Of a DNA stretch of 64,000 nt, positions 18,225-27,877 are shown one piece after another. The stretch's first letter is position 1; each line of letters starts with the position of its first letter. The DNA comes from a virus (taxonomy: Duplodnaviria; Heunggongvirae; Uroviricota; Caudoviricetes), in IMG/VR virus record IMGVR_UViG_3300032326_001208, positions 1-64,000 of that record; one strand, written 5' to 3'. The notes under the pieces are model-generated. The model ran no database searches. It saw only the letters and a list, made by a program, of their open reading frames with translations, and was not told the origin of the DNA. Position numbers and translations under genes: made by a program.

Positions 18225-18644
18225 ATGGGAAAGGTATTTGAAAGTGAATTTCATAAAGGAGTGATTGTAGCGGTTGTTGATAAAGGTGATTATCAATATC
18301 AACAACTCGCACCACTATTCAATGAGTATGGTTATGGGTTTGTAGCAACTGACCAAAAGTTAATATTCATTGATGGTGACCAATCTGCTTCAACACAAAA
18401 AATAGTAGAGGCACACGAAGTTGGACATATTGTATTCAATCATACGGGTATTAAAGGTCCAAATGATGAAGCTGAAGCTGATAGTTGGGCTATTCTAACT
18501 TTAAGAAAGTATGGGTATTCGGTAGAAGCTGATACGTTGAGTGTTGAATTCAGAAATAGACATGGTTATCCATATAATCACGCTAGAAACAAAAGAAACA
18601 AAATAAAAGTATTGAGTACGATTTTTGTGAATCAAATAGTATAG
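18225..18644 (+). CDS. HExxH protein, ImmA/IrrE-like putative metallopeptidase
   Basis: KIVEAHEVGHIVFNH motif; small (about 140 aa), like ImmA-family anti-repressor proteases. Start trimmed to MGKVFE. Confidence 0.45.
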   Translation: MGKVFESEFHKGVIVAVVDKGDYQYQQLAPLFNEYGYGFVATDQKLIFIDGDQSASTQKIVEAHEVGHIVFNHTGIKGPNDEAEADSWAILTLRKYGYSVEADTLSVEFRNRHGYPYNHARNKRNKIKVLSTIFVNQIV

Positions 18645-18698
18645 ATTTGGTAGATTCAAAATAATTTCGTATATTTGTAAAAACCCCTTAATATTAAT
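18645..18698 (+). promoter_or_regulatory. Bacteroidetes-type promoter (TTTG ... TAtaTTTG)
   Basis: atttggtagattcaaaataatttcgtatatttgtaaaa: a TTTG box then 19 nt then TATATTTG. Confidence 0.55.
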
Positions 18699-19319
18699 AT
18701 GAAACGTTATACAAAAAATGATAAAGCATTTATCCAACACGTAAAAGATGAGTGTAAACGATTGGGTGTAAAGAATCACATTAAAGATGTGAAGTATGTA
18801 AAGTTATCACCTACGATTAGATGTAGTGGATACTTTGATGAGGCGGATCCTGAAAAAGGTGCTATACTAGCGGCTTCAATGGGTAAGCCGGATGGATTGG
18901 AAATATTGGTTCACGAATATTGTCACCTTACACAATGGCAAGATGGATTTCATTTGTGGAAAAAAGCAGGTAGAGCATTGCCTGTTATTGATGAGTGGTT
19001 GGAAGGTAAGTACAAAAGACCTCAAACATTGAACAAAGCATTTGAAATTGCTATTGGTTTGGAAAGAGATAATGAAATGAGAAGTGTACGAATGATTAAC
19101 GAATGGGGATTGAGTATTGATACCGATAAGTACATTAAAAGAGCTAATGCATATTTGATGTTCTACAATTGGTTAAAACAATCTAGAAAATGGAGTAAGC
19201 CAGGTAACCAGCCATATAACAACAAACGTTTAGTGGCAGCAATGCCGGCTAATTTTAAAATGGATTATAGTAAGTTACCCAAAAAGTTTGAAACAATTTA
19301 TAGAGAAGAAAATATCTAA
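18699..19319 (+). CDS. HExxH-motif protein (putative metalloprotease/SprT-like)
   Basis: LEILVHEYCHLTQWQDG motif. Confidence 0.45.
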   Translation: MKRYTKNDKAFIQHVKDECKRLGVKNHIKDVKYVKLSPTIRCSGYFDEADPEKGAILAASMGKPDGLEILVHEYCHLTQWQDGFHLWKKAGRALPVIDEWLEGKYKRPQTLNKAFEIAIGLERDNEMRSVRMINEWGLSIDTDKYIKRANAYLMFYNWLKQSRKWSKPGNQPYNNKRLVAAMPANFKMDYSKLPKKFETIYREENI

Positions 19320-19320
19320 T

Positions 19321-19665
19321 ATGGGAAAACTAAAAGAGCACTTATTGAATAACTTAACGCCGGAAGAAATGGATGAACGATTTGAACTTTCGGCATTTGA
19401 ATATGTAGAACTTATGGAAAATTATAAACAACAAAGTGAACAATTACCCGATGAGGTGGTTGGACAATTAATTCAGGAACAAACTGAATTGGAAAACGAA
19501 TTTTATGCTCAATCTGAAATTGATGACATAAACGATAGTGTAAAATTAAAGTACACAGATAACGATATTTTATATGTGTTGGATGGGTTGGCAGGGCCTG
19601 TTTTAACCAGTATGATAATGGGCAAATTGAACGATGTTTGGAATACCAAAAATGGTGTAGAATAA
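19321..19665 (+). CDS. Hypothetical acidic protein
   Basis: Trimmed to MGKLKEHLL, which abuts the upstream stop. Confidence 0.5.
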   Translation: MGKLKEHLLNNLTPEEMDERFELSAFEYVELMENYKQQSEQLPDEVVGQLIQEQTELENEFYAQSEIDDINDSVKLKYTDNDILYVLDGLAGPVLTSMIMGKLNDVWNTKNGVE

Positions 19666-19916
19666 CCTATTTTTAACCGATTTTAAGGGGTTTCTTGGTG
19701 TTGGTAGGGTTAGACTTCCTTTATTGGAAAATAACCCCTAAAATCACCTAGAAACCCTTTAATATGTAATCCGTTGATTATCAATGAGTTACAAATATTT
19801 GATTTTATTACCCATAAGTCATTGATTTTCAATAAACTTTTTTGAAGATTTTACCCCAAAAATTTGGTGGTCTCAATACAATTTTGTAGTTTTACTATGT
19901 AATAAAATTAAAAATT
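19666..19916. promoter_or_regulatory. Structured intergenic region with operators and promoter
   Basis: Long imperfect inverted repeat ttttaaggggtttct ... agaaaccctttaa, then ccgttgattatcaatgagttac and cattgattttcaa operators, then atttggtgg-N-ttttgtagttttactatgtaataaaa. Confidence 0.55.
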
Positions 19917-20276
19917 ATGAGTTTACCGTTTAATCCTATTAGGGTATTTGAAACCGCTCCATTAGTTGAGGGTTATGATGTTATTAAGAATGCTTTCCCG
20001 GTTGTTGGTAAGTATAGTAATAGAGTTATTACTTACGCCGATGCTGTGCATGAAGCTCTAAATGAAATAACCGAAGATTATTCAGATTGGCCAGAGGACC
20101 AAGGTTTTGGTAGTTCGGATATGACGTATGTTCGTCAATCATTCATTAATACAATGATTAGTTTGGCTAACCTTAATGGTTACTATATGACCGATTTCAA
20201 ACCTTACTTAAAAGTAGTTGAGTACAATGAAATTGAGAAGGAAGAATATGACCTTCGTAGAGAGCAAGGTCTTTAA
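19917..20276 (+). CDS. Hypothetical protein
   Basis: 119-aa ORF downstream of the promoter. Confidence 0.5.
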   Translation: MSLPFNPIRVFETAPLVEGYDVIKNAFPVVGKYSNRVITYADAVHEALNEITEDYSDWPEDQGFGSSDMTYVRQSFINTMISLANLNGYYMTDFKPYLKVVEYNEIEKEEYDLRREQGL

Positions 20277-20298
20277 TTAATAACTAAAAATTAAGTAT

Positions 20299-20526
20299 AT
20301 GAAGTATATTACAGTAGCTCCTTACGAAAAGTATTTTACATTGAGACTTTTTAATGGTAACGTTTTATTAGAAGAACAGTCCACAAACCAACCGTTCTGC
20401 TCCGTTCCACTTAAAATAATCAAATCTATTATGAAAGGATGTGGTGCTAATCATTGTGAAGTGTATGTAGGAGACAGTGTGGGTTATGTTGAAAGTATCC
20501 CGATTGAGCAAATCAGTATTAAATAA
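20299..20526 (+). CDS. Hypothetical protein
   Basis: 75-aa ORF. Confidence 0.45.
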   Translation: MKYITVAPYEKYFTLRLFNGNVLLEEQSTNQPFCSVPLKIIKSIMKGCGANHCEVYVGDSVGYVESIPIEQISIK

Positions 20527-20540
20527 TAAAAAATAAAGAT

Positions 20541-20777
20541 ATGAATTTATACGAAGTAAATGGATTTTATGGTACCCGAAATAGAGGTACTATTTTAGTA
20601 TATGAAACATACAGCGGTAAACGTTGGTATTGTGTAGAAGGTAGTTGTAATATCAATTGTACCTATGATGAGATTAACGAAGGTTGTAATGTTGAAAGAC
20701 TTTCGGACATTGATACTATGAGTAGTAGAGATGGAATTTATTCAACAAGAGAATTATACGATTTTGTAATTAGTTAA
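20541..20777 (+). CDS. Hypothetical Cys-rich protein
   Basis: 78-aa ORF. Confidence 0.45.
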   Translation: MNLYEVNGFYGTRNRGTILVYETYSGKRWYCVEGSCNINCTYDEINEGCNVERLSDIDTMSSRDGIYSTRELYDFVIS

Positions 20778-20787
20778 AATAAAAATT

Positions 20788-20952
20788 ATGGCACAACCAA
20801 AAGCAAGTAATGCAAAGAGCCACTTTTACATTTCAATTTTTAAAAGTGTGTTAAGATTAGGAGCGTGTTATTTCCTATTCAATGAACAATTTGGAAACAC
20901 AGCAATCACATTTGGATTGGCTGAGATATTAGGAATCATTGAAGAATTGTAA
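20788..20952 (+). CDS. Hypothetical small membrane protein (54 aa)
   Basis: ORF MAQPKASN...IIEEL found by eye in the gap. Confidence 0.3.
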   Translation: MAQPKASNAKSHFYISIFKSVLRLGACYFLFNEQFGNTAITFGLAEILGIIEEL

Positions 20953-20963
20953 ACTTTTAGAAA

Positions 20964-21158
20964 ATGAAAAGTACATTAAAGAATCACACTTATCAATGTA
21001 AATGTGGAGCACTAACAAAAGAATTGGTTTGGGATAAAGAACTACCTACCGCGAAGTTTAAATGTATTGAATGTGGAAAGGTACTTAATAGTGATAATTT
21101 ATTGACGGTAAGTAAAGCTCAGGTGACGAGTATTAGGACACCAACAAAAAATAGATAG
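20964..21158 (+). CDS. Zinc-ribbon protein
   Basis: CKCGALTKE ... CIECGK forms two CxxC pairs. Confidence 0.4.
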   Translation: MKSTLKNHTYQCKCGALTKELVWDKELPTAKFKCIECGKVLNSDNLLTVSKAQVTSIRTPTKNR

Positions 21159-21159
21159 T

Positions 21160-21879
21160 ATGAAAATAGATTATAAAATAACCGAAGTTAGAGATAGAGT
21201 ATTCGCTGTAACTATTGAAGATGCCTATGATAGAGCTATGACCTTTTGTAGAGTTCAGGAGTTTTATGAATCACCTAACCCTGATTTTAGAGGTAAGCAC
21301 TTTAACATTTGGGATTATATTGAATGGTATAGCCGTACAAAGAAAGGTGCTTTTACTTATGCATTTGATTGGGGTGGGTTTAATATTCCATTGAAAACTG
21401 CATGGGAATGTTATGAAGGTAAAGAAAACCGAAACCCAAAAAATAGTTACAATGGTGTTCGTTCAATGCCTGATACTTGGAAAAGTAAATGGGATGAAAC
21501 GATGAGCGATATTGTAGGTACTATTGAATTAAAGATGTTCAATAAAAAGAATACTCGTAACTGGAACGCTTATATTATCGGAGCTAAGGATATGGAAGGT
21601 GATACATTTCAGCACGAAGTTGCACATGGTTTGTATTACACTAACAAAGAGTATAAGGAGTTAATGAATGAAATTACCCAAACAATTCCTTTGAAAGATT
21701 ATACTAAATTCCGTCAAAACTTATTGGATATGGGATATACTGAAAGTGTGATTGATGATGAGATTCAAGCATATTTAAGTTGGGGATGGGACTACGCTAA
21801 ATTTAGTAAAGGAGTGAGTAAAAAACTTTGTAAACAATTGAATAAAGAGTACCGAAAGGTGTTCAATAGATATTTATAG
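21160..21879 (+). CDS. Hypothetical protein
   Basis: 239-aa ORF. Confidence 0.55.
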   Translation: MKIDYKITEVRDRVFAVTIEDAYDRAMTFCRVQEFYESPNPDFRGKHFNIWDYIEWYSRTKKGAFTYAFDWGGFNIPLKTAWECYEGKENRNPKNSYNGVRSMPDTWKSKWDETMSDIVGTIELKMFNKKNTRNWNAYIIGAKDMEGDTFQHEVAHGLYYTNKEYKELMNEITQTIPLKDYTKFRQNLLDMGYTESVIDDEIQAYLSWGWDYAKFSKGVSKKLCKQLNKEYRKVFNRYL

Positions 21880-21881
21880 GT

Positions 21882-22073
21882 ATGGATGGATTAACAATTT
21901 TATTAGTATGGATTCTTCTAAGCTTTCCTATTGTTAGACACGTTAATAGGAAAATGGAAGAAACGGATGATGAGCTTAGATATAAGACATCATTTCAATT
22001 AGTACTATTCATTAGAGCTCAATTTGAAGTACCAAAATGGTATTTAATTCAGCTCACAAAACTTTTAAGATGA
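21882..22073 (+). CDS. Hypothetical small membrane protein
   Basis: 63-aa ORF. Confidence 0.35.
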   Translation: MDGLTILLVWILLSFPIVRHVNRKMEETDDELRYKTSFQLVLFIRAQFEVPKWYLIQLTKLLR

Positions 22074-22450
22074 AAAAAAAGAAATTAACCGCAGGTGAAA
22101 AAAATATGAGAATAAACGAGCAAAGATTTGCTTTGATTATTTTAATATGTAATGTATTGGATAGTGAAAAAGGTGTTAGTGGAAGTATCAAATCCGCTAT
22201 GTGTGCATCTTTACTCAATATGATGGAAGTTAGTTTTATAGATGGTGATGATGAGGCACTTGCAAATCTTATTAACAATTCTATTGATAGATTTTGTTTA
22301 GAAATTGAAGAAAAAAAGGGTGTTGAAAACTATCGTGCACAATTAATGGAAAGTGTAAAAGAAGCTAGAGTATTAGTTGATAAACTAAATGAGAAGGTAA
22401 AAAGAATTAAAGATGGTGAAGATATCCTTAAAAATATATGTTTAAACTAA
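22070..22450 (+). CDS. Hypothetical protein
   Basis: Trimmed to MKKKKLTAGEK. Confidence 0.45.
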   Translation: MKKKKLTAGEKNMRINEQRFALIILICNVLDSEKGVSGSIKSAMCASLLNMMEVSFIDGDDEALANLINNSIDRFCLEIEEKKGVENYRAQLMESVKEARVLVDKLNEKVKRIKDGEDILKNICLN

Positions 22451-22472
22451 TACTTATATAAAAATAAAAACT

Positions 22473-22736
22473 ATGGAAAAACAAGTAGCAAGAATAGTAA
22501 ATACGAGTTTGGCAGGGGAAGTTGAACATGCAGTTCTTCAAATTACCGAAAACTTAAAGTGTATCCAATTTTCTGAAATTAAGTATGTAAGCGAAAATGA
22601 AGGAGCTAATATAAGACAAGTTTCATTAGTTGATGCGGTTTTAGACCAACCTGAAATTTTATATATACTTAATGTATTAAACCATACCGTTGAAGTTTCT
22701 ATTAACGAAAACAATGAAGCAACTATTTACTTTTAA
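22473..22736 (+). CDS. Hypothetical protein
   Basis: 87-aa ORF. Confidence 0.45.
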   Translation: MEKQVARIVNTSLAGEVEHAVLQITENLKCIQFSEIKYVSENEGANIRQVSLVDAVLDQPEILYILNVLNHTVEVSINENNEATIYF

Positions 22737-22869
22737 TTAGAAAAAATGTTACGAAAATTAGAATGGTGGTTTGATTACTACTTTGCTTGGATGTTCTATA
22801 ATGGAATGCAACAAGACCGATATGTACAATATATGAGGGATAAATGGCCCGATAAAATAAAAGATTTTG

Positions 22870-22912
22870 AAAATTAAAATTAATTTCGTATCTTTGTTAC
22901 AACTAATATGTT
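22870..22912 (+). promoter_or_regulatory. Promoter (ttcgTATCTTTGtta type)
   Basis: aattaatttcgtatctttgttacaactaatatgttATG. Confidence 0.45.
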
Positions 22913-23674
22913 ATGAGAATTACGCACATTTCGGATACACACAATAAGCATAATCAACTTAATGGTAAATTGCCTGGTGGACAACTATTAATCCATTCAG
23001 GCGATTTCACGTCTATTGGTAGAAAACATGAGGTAGAGAAATTTATTGAGTGGTTTAGTAAGCAGGATTATACACACAAAGTGTTTATAGCTGGTAACCA
23101 CGACCTTACATTTCAAAGTGAACGAATGTACGAAGAAAAATCTGCATACTTTGAGAGAAGGGTATTTGATACACCGGGTAGTGAAGGTAAACCCGATTGG
23201 TTAATTGAGTTATTAGATAATTTACCCGATAACGTTTATTATTTAGAGAATAGTTCTATTAAGTTAGAAGGTATTAACATTTGGGGTTCACCACATTCAC
23301 CGTCTTTTGGGTATGGGTGGGCATTTAATAAAGATAGGGGGCATGATATAACACAATGTTGGAATGAAATACCAATGGATACCGATATTGTTATTACACA
23401 TACTCCGATTTACGGCTACAACGATAGAGCAGCTAATACAAATCAAAATGTAGGATGTTCAGATTTATATCACCGATTAAGAGAAGTGCAACCACACTTA
23501 CACTTTGCCGGTCATATACATGAAGCGTATGGTTGGAAAACTATGGGATTACTTAAATGGCACGATTTGCATACTTTTAATGGATGTAGTTGCAATTTAA
23601 GATATGAGGCTGAAAATAATCCGATTAGCTTCAATTATAATTTTGAAACTGGTGAGATTGAATTTTTAATGTAG
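22913..23674 (+). CDS. Calcineurin-like metallophosphoesterase
   Basis: ISDTH ... HSGDFT ... IAGNHD ... GHIH metal-binding motifs. Confidence 0.75.
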   Translation: MRITHISDTHNKHNQLNGKLPGGQLLIHSGDFTSIGRKHEVEKFIEWFSKQDYTHKVFIAGNHDLTFQSERMYEEKSAYFERRVFDTPGSEGKPDWLIELLDNLPDNVYYLENSSIKLEGINIWGSPHSPSFGYGWAFNKDRGHDITQCWNEIPMDTDIVITHTPIYGYNDRAANTNQNVGCSDLYHRLREVQPHLHFAGHIHEAYGWKTMGLLKWHDLHTFNGCSCNLRYEAENNPISFNYNFETGEIEFLM

Positions 23675-23678
23675 AGTT

Positions 23679-24116
23679 ATGAAAAAACAAAAAATAAGAT
23701 TGTATTTGGATGATATTAGAACTCCAATTGCAGAAGATTGGACAATTGTCAGAAGTTATGATGACTTTGTAGCACATATTAGATTGAATGGTTTAGAAAA
23801 TTATGAAGTGATTTCATTAGACCACGATTTAGGTGAACAAGCTACAGATGAATTTTATAACAATGCACTTCCAAACTACAAATTGAATTACGATAATATA
23901 GTAAATGAAAAAACTGGATATGATTGTGCTAAATGGTTGGTAGCGGAAAGTATGACTACACACATACCTTTACCACAAATCTATGTACATTCGGCTAATC
24001 CAATTGGTTCGGCTAACATAATGGGGTATGTAAACAATTATTTAATGAGTTGTAAGTTACCTCAAACCTGTATAAGAATAAGAGTAGAACATAAAATAGA
24101 AGAAAACAATTTATAA
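23679..24116 (+). CDS. Cyclic-phosphate-processing receiver (CPR) domain protein
   Basis: YLDDIRTP ... ISLDHDLG ... TGYDCAKWL ... VHSANPIG matches the conserved CPR-domain pattern (YLDDxR, SLDHDLG, TGYD, HSAN) as recalled. Confidence 0.5.
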   Translation: MKKQKIRLYLDDIRTPIAEDWTIVRSYDDFVAHIRLNGLENYEVISLDHDLGEQATDEFYNNALPNYKLNYDNIVNEKTGYDCAKWLVAESMTTHIPLPQIYVHSANPIGSANIMGYVNNYLMSCKLPQTCIRIRVEHKIEENNL

Positions 24117-24133
24117 AAACAAAAACAAATGTT

Positions 24134-24514
24134 ATGGGACTTAAAAAACAATTTTTAGCTAAAATTAAAGAGTATTATCCTGATTTCAATCCAGAAACTT
24201 CGGAAGTTGAAATTGAGTTTTGTGGTGGTGGTGATAACTTTGATTCATTTCATTCAATTCATGTATCCGATTACAAAGACGGAAAGTGGTCAGAGGTAAA
24301 AGGTGATTGGGATATGAGCGAAGGCGATGATATTGATTTCTTATTTGAAATTATTGATGCAACCGGTGTGGTGTATAATTTCAATAATGCCGGCACAACA
24401 GGCCGTATTCGTTATGAAGATGGTGAGTTGACTTGTGAAACAACTGTATCCGATGATTACTATGGTGAGTTGGAAGAAGATGAAGATGACGATATTGTAG
24501 AAACTCAAAACTAA
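24134..24514 (+). CDS. Hypothetical acidic protein
   Basis: 126-aa ORF. Confidence 0.5.
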   Translation: MGLKKQFLAKIKEYYPDFNPETSEVEIEFCGGGDNFDSFHSIHVSDYKDGKWSEVKGDWDMSEGDDIDFLFEIIDATGVVYNFNNAGTTGRIRYEDGELTCETTVSDDYYGELEEDEDDDIVETQN

Positions 24515-24520
24515 TTTAAA

Positions 24521-24925
24521 GTGGCAAATCCCTTAAAACATTCTCAATCATCCGTTAAGTTATGGGGTGGCAAGGTAGAAGATTACTTGCCACTTCATAA
24601 CAAAATGGATAGTAGTAAAAAATACTTTTCCGATAATAGACATCGTGCATTGACACATAATATGTTTTTTATCTTTGAAGTTATGATACCAATTTTTGGT
24701 GAGTATATCCACAATTCAGATGGTAAATTAGTTTCGGTAAAAGATATATGTGAGTGGCATATATTAGAGGATTTCGGTAAAAAGTATATTCCAAACGTAT
24801 CTGATTATTTGGGTGAGATGGAAATAAAAAGCTGGATGGCTAACGGTATAGGTGAACCGCCGGCTTCACAAAAGAAAATGAAAATGGTAACCGGACGTGT
24901 TACTAGAGTTATAAAAATAGATTAA
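24521..24925 (+). CDS. Hypothetical protein
   Basis: 134-aa ORF. Confidence 0.5.
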   Translation: MANPLKHSQSSVKLWGGKVEDYLPLHNKMDSSKKYFSDNRHRALTHNMFFIFEVMIPIFGEYIHNSDGKLVSVKDICEWHILEDFGKKYIPNVSDYLGEMEIKSWMANGIGEPPASQKKMKMVTGRVTRVIKID

Positions 24926-24926
24926 T

Positions 24927-25232
24927 ATGACAAAGAAAGAACGTGAATTATATTTAGGTGGTGGTGCTAATATAAATGTAAAAGCCGCCAAAGTAGTAAC
25001 TATTCACAATAACTTAAAATTAACTACAATTGGTGATGGTGCTATTAGCTTAGATGTAAAAATTGAAGCTGACTTTGATAGTATTCCTGAAAAATATCAA
25101 GAGGTATTCTTGAATATGATGAGTGCTAAATACTTGGATACGGTTTCGTTTGGAGATAATCCATTCTCACAATGTGTACCACCACCAAAGAAAAAATGGT
25201 GGCAGTTTTGGAAAGCTAATGTAAATATTTAA
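24927..25232 (+). CDS. Hypothetical protein
   Basis: 101-aa ORF. Confidence 0.45.
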   Translation: MTKKERELYLGGGANINVKAAKVVTIHNNLKLTTIGDGAISLDVKIEADFDSIPEKYQEVFLNMMSAKYLDTVSFGDNPFSQCVPPPKKKWWQFWKANVNI

Positions 25233-25233
25233 T

Positions 25234-26193
25234 ATGAAAGTAACCGTAGTAGTACGAACATGCAATAGACCAGAGTTCTTAAAAGAGGCATTGGCATCAA
25301 TTGAATTACAATCACATACTGATTGGGAAGTATTAATGTTTGATGATTCTGCATCTGATATTAATTTTTCAATTTATAAATGGTTTAAACAAAGAAATTC
25401 TGATAAGAGAGTTTTGTATATGAGTACTAAATCTAGTTATGATTTATTTCAAAACAGCTGGATTCTAGCACCAGAACTTGCGATGGGCGAAATAATGATT
25501 AGATTGGATGATGATGATATTCTATTAAATGATTCTTTAAAATTTTTAGTAGATGTTTATACTACCAATAGTGAATTAGATTTTACATATGGTTCATCTA
25601 TATTTTTTAATGATAATAAACTAACATCATTAGTTGAAACCAAAAATCCATTTGAGCACGAAAAAACAAGAGCTATGTGGGCAGGTTATACTATTCCAAA
25701 CAATAGTCCGTGGACAAATCCGTGGCAATTTATAGATAATTACTTTGAAACCCCGCAACATTATACTTCAATAATTCATGCGGCAAAAGCAAATCAATTA
25801 TCAATTTATCATTCATATTCAATGAGAACTTCTTCGGTAAAAAGAGTTAAAGATAAAATAAATCTAACATCTTTTTTTGTTGATGATCTTGAATTTTTGG
25901 GAAGTTTAGATTATTTAGGATTGGGACATAATTCAATAAAAAAGATTTTGTGTTTTGTAAGAACGCATAATCAAGGTAGAGTTTCCGATTATAATAAAGA
26001 AGTAAACGGACAAACTATGTATCAGGAAAATTTTAGAATACGTGATAAAGTTGATTATTTGAGACCTTCTGGTTTTTTATCAAAAATAATTCCTATTCAA
26101 AATTCCGAAAATTATAACAATGGTATTTGTCAGGATATAACTAATAAATTTATAGACCTGAATCAAAAAATACATACCATCATAACTGATTGA
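25234..26193 (+). CDS. Family-2 glycosyltransferase
   Basis: VTVVVRTCNRPEFLKEALASIELQSHTDWEVLMFDDSASD is the classical GT2 N-terminal motif; DDDD further on. Confidence 0.65.
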   Translation: MKVTVVVRTCNRPEFLKEALASIELQSHTDWEVLMFDDSASDINFSIYKWFKQRNSDKRVLYMSTKSSYDLFQNSWILAPELAMGEIMIRLDDDDILLNDSLKFLVDVYTTNSELDFTYGSSIFFNDNKLTSLVETKNPFEHEKTRAMWAGYTIPNNSPWTNPWQFIDNYFETPQHYTSIIHAAKANQLSIYHSYSMRTSSVKRVKDKINLTSFFVDDLEFLGSLDYLGLGHNSIKKILCFVRTHNQGRVSDYNKEVNGQTMYQENFRIRDKVDYLRPSGFLSKIIPIQNSENYNNGICQDITNKFIDLNQKIHTIITD

Positions 26194-26419
26194 TAGTCAA
26201 TGACTTATAACTTATTGGTTCTCAATGAGTTATACATATAAACTGGCCTAATATGGTGGGTGGTATATTCACCTTACTTGTGTATTTTAGGGGAAATTTG
26301 GGGTGTTTCTGTACGTTTTGTCACCTTAAATTACCCTAATTCCCCAAAAAAACTTCAAAATAAATTTGGCCGTTTCAGGCTTTTTTCGTATCTTTACGTT
26401 GTATTAAAAATTTAAAGAT
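26194..26419. promoter_or_regulatory. Operator palindromes plus promoter
   Basis: ctgattgatagtcaatgacttat and ctcaatgagttatac, then tttttcgtatctttacgttg upstream of the ATG. Confidence 0.5.
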
Positions 26420-26890
26420 ATGAAACAATTACCTATTCAGTTGCCGGATTCCTTTATTAAGGGATTGGTATGTAAAGTTCACGTTTCCCTTAATGGTAAA
26501 ACCGGAACAAAAGAATTAAAAGTATGTAGTATAAAAGCTCGTTCAATTACTTTTATAGAAGTTGATAGAGAAAATCGCCAAAACATTTTCCGTAAAGTAG
26601 ATAGAAAAGATATTGTTAATTTCAAACCTACAGCGATTTGTGAAATTACTGTTAGGGATGGTATCTTACCTGTTAAGTGGGAAAGTGCTTGGGATAGTAT
26701 CGGACAACCTACACAACAAATTAGAGGTAGAGGTTTAGCATCACAATTCAGTAAACATTTTAGTACCCATTCAAAAGGTTGGGCCCCAACAATAAAAGCC
26801 CCTATGGGTTCATCAATTGATGCTCTTGCAGCTAATCCATCTTGGAAAAACTCAACAACAAATTCAGCTGCTGGTTTTCCAATGGTATAA
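26420..26890 (+). CDS. Hypothetical protein
   Basis: 156-aa ORF. Confidence 0.5.
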   Translation: MKQLPIQLPDSFIKGLVCKVHVSLNGKTGTKELKVCSIKARSITFIEVDRENRQNIFRKVDRKDIVNFKPTAICEITVRDGILPVKWESAWDSIGQPTQQIRGRGLASQFSKHFSTHSKGWAPTIKAPMGSSIDALAANPSWKNSTTNSAAGFPMV

Positions 26891-26902
26891 AAATTATAAG
26901 AT

Positions 26903-27166
26903 ATGAATATGAAAGTAAATGTAAACAAATTAGAAATGACTAGTTGTGTTAAATGTGGTAATGATATGCCACTTTTACGATTCACAAAGTATGGTTATAG
27001 AAGTTGTGTGAATTGTAGTACAACACAAAGAGTTGGTGGGGTAGCAATAGCTAACCACAAAACTGGTAATGAAATTCAGATAATGCCGATGGAAGATGCA
27101 AATAGATTGTATAAGTTATCACAAAGGCAGGGGTATGGTGTTTGTAAAGGTATGAAACATAATTAG
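26903..27166 (+). CDS. Zinc-ribbon protein
   Basis: CVKCGND ... CVNC. Confidence 0.45.
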   Translation: MNMKVNVNKLEMTSCVKCGNDMPLLRFTKYGYRSCVNCSTTQRVGGVAIANHKTGNEIQIMPMEDANRLYKLSQRQGYGVCKGMKHN

Positions 27167-27167
27167 T

Positions 27168-27509
27168 ATGGTTAAGAAAATAGAAAATTTTGAAAAATTA
27201 TATCGTTCCGAACTCTTTGCTAAGAATGGTGATGTGTTTGTGATAGCCCCTAATAATATTATTCGTACAAGTAGTGAGCCGGAACTGATTGAATATTTTG
27301 ATGTAAAAAGAGTAGTTGCTCCTGTTTCAAATGTGAAATATTCAGTAGGTATATTCGCGGATAATATAAACAAAATGAATAAGGTTTGTGTTTATAAAAA
27401 AGGTGAATCTATGCCGGCATTAATAGAAGATTATGTTAGTAAAGTTCATTTTAGAAAAAAGGATTACTTTAAAACTTATGTAGTAACCCTAATAAATAAA
27501 TTGTTATGA
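27168..27509 (+). CDS. Hypothetical protein
   Basis: 113-aa ORF. Confidence 0.5.
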   Translation: MVKKIENFEKLYRSELFAKNGDVFVIAPNNIIRTSSEPELIEYFDVKRVVAPVSNVKYSVGIFADNINKMNKVCVYKKGESMPALIEDYVSKVHFRKKDYFKTYVVTLINKLL

Positions 27510-27868
27510 TAGTAGGTATAGAAAAAATTAAAGGAAGTGAATTTAGTTTTCCAATAGCACATGCACATAATGCTATCTATAAAGTTGAAAGTGTAAACAT
27601 ATTGGATAAAACGGGTTCGGCAAATGGCAATTGGGGAGCAGTTGTATTGGCTAAGTTTGAGAATAAAGGTACACACTATCTTGTTCCCGAATATGTTGTG
27701 TTTAGTATGGAGTACGATACTACGATAATGCCAACTTACAAAATAACAGCTCTTTCCAACGATGGATATGGTGGTAAGATAGAAGTTAGTAGAGCCGGAG
27801 TTAAAACACCAGAACTATTTTTTAAAATGTTAAAAGATTTGGCTGAAATTATTAATCAAAAAATCTAA
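27506..27868 (+). CDS. Hypothetical protein
   Basis: 120-aa ORF. Confidence 0.5.
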   Translation: MIVGIEKIKGSEFSFPIAHAHNAIYKVESVNILDKTGSANGNWGAVVLAKFENKGTHYLVPEYVVFSMEYDTTIMPTYKITALSNDGYGGKIEVSRAGVKTPELFFKMLKDLAEIINQKI

Positions 27869-27877
27869 AAATAAGAT

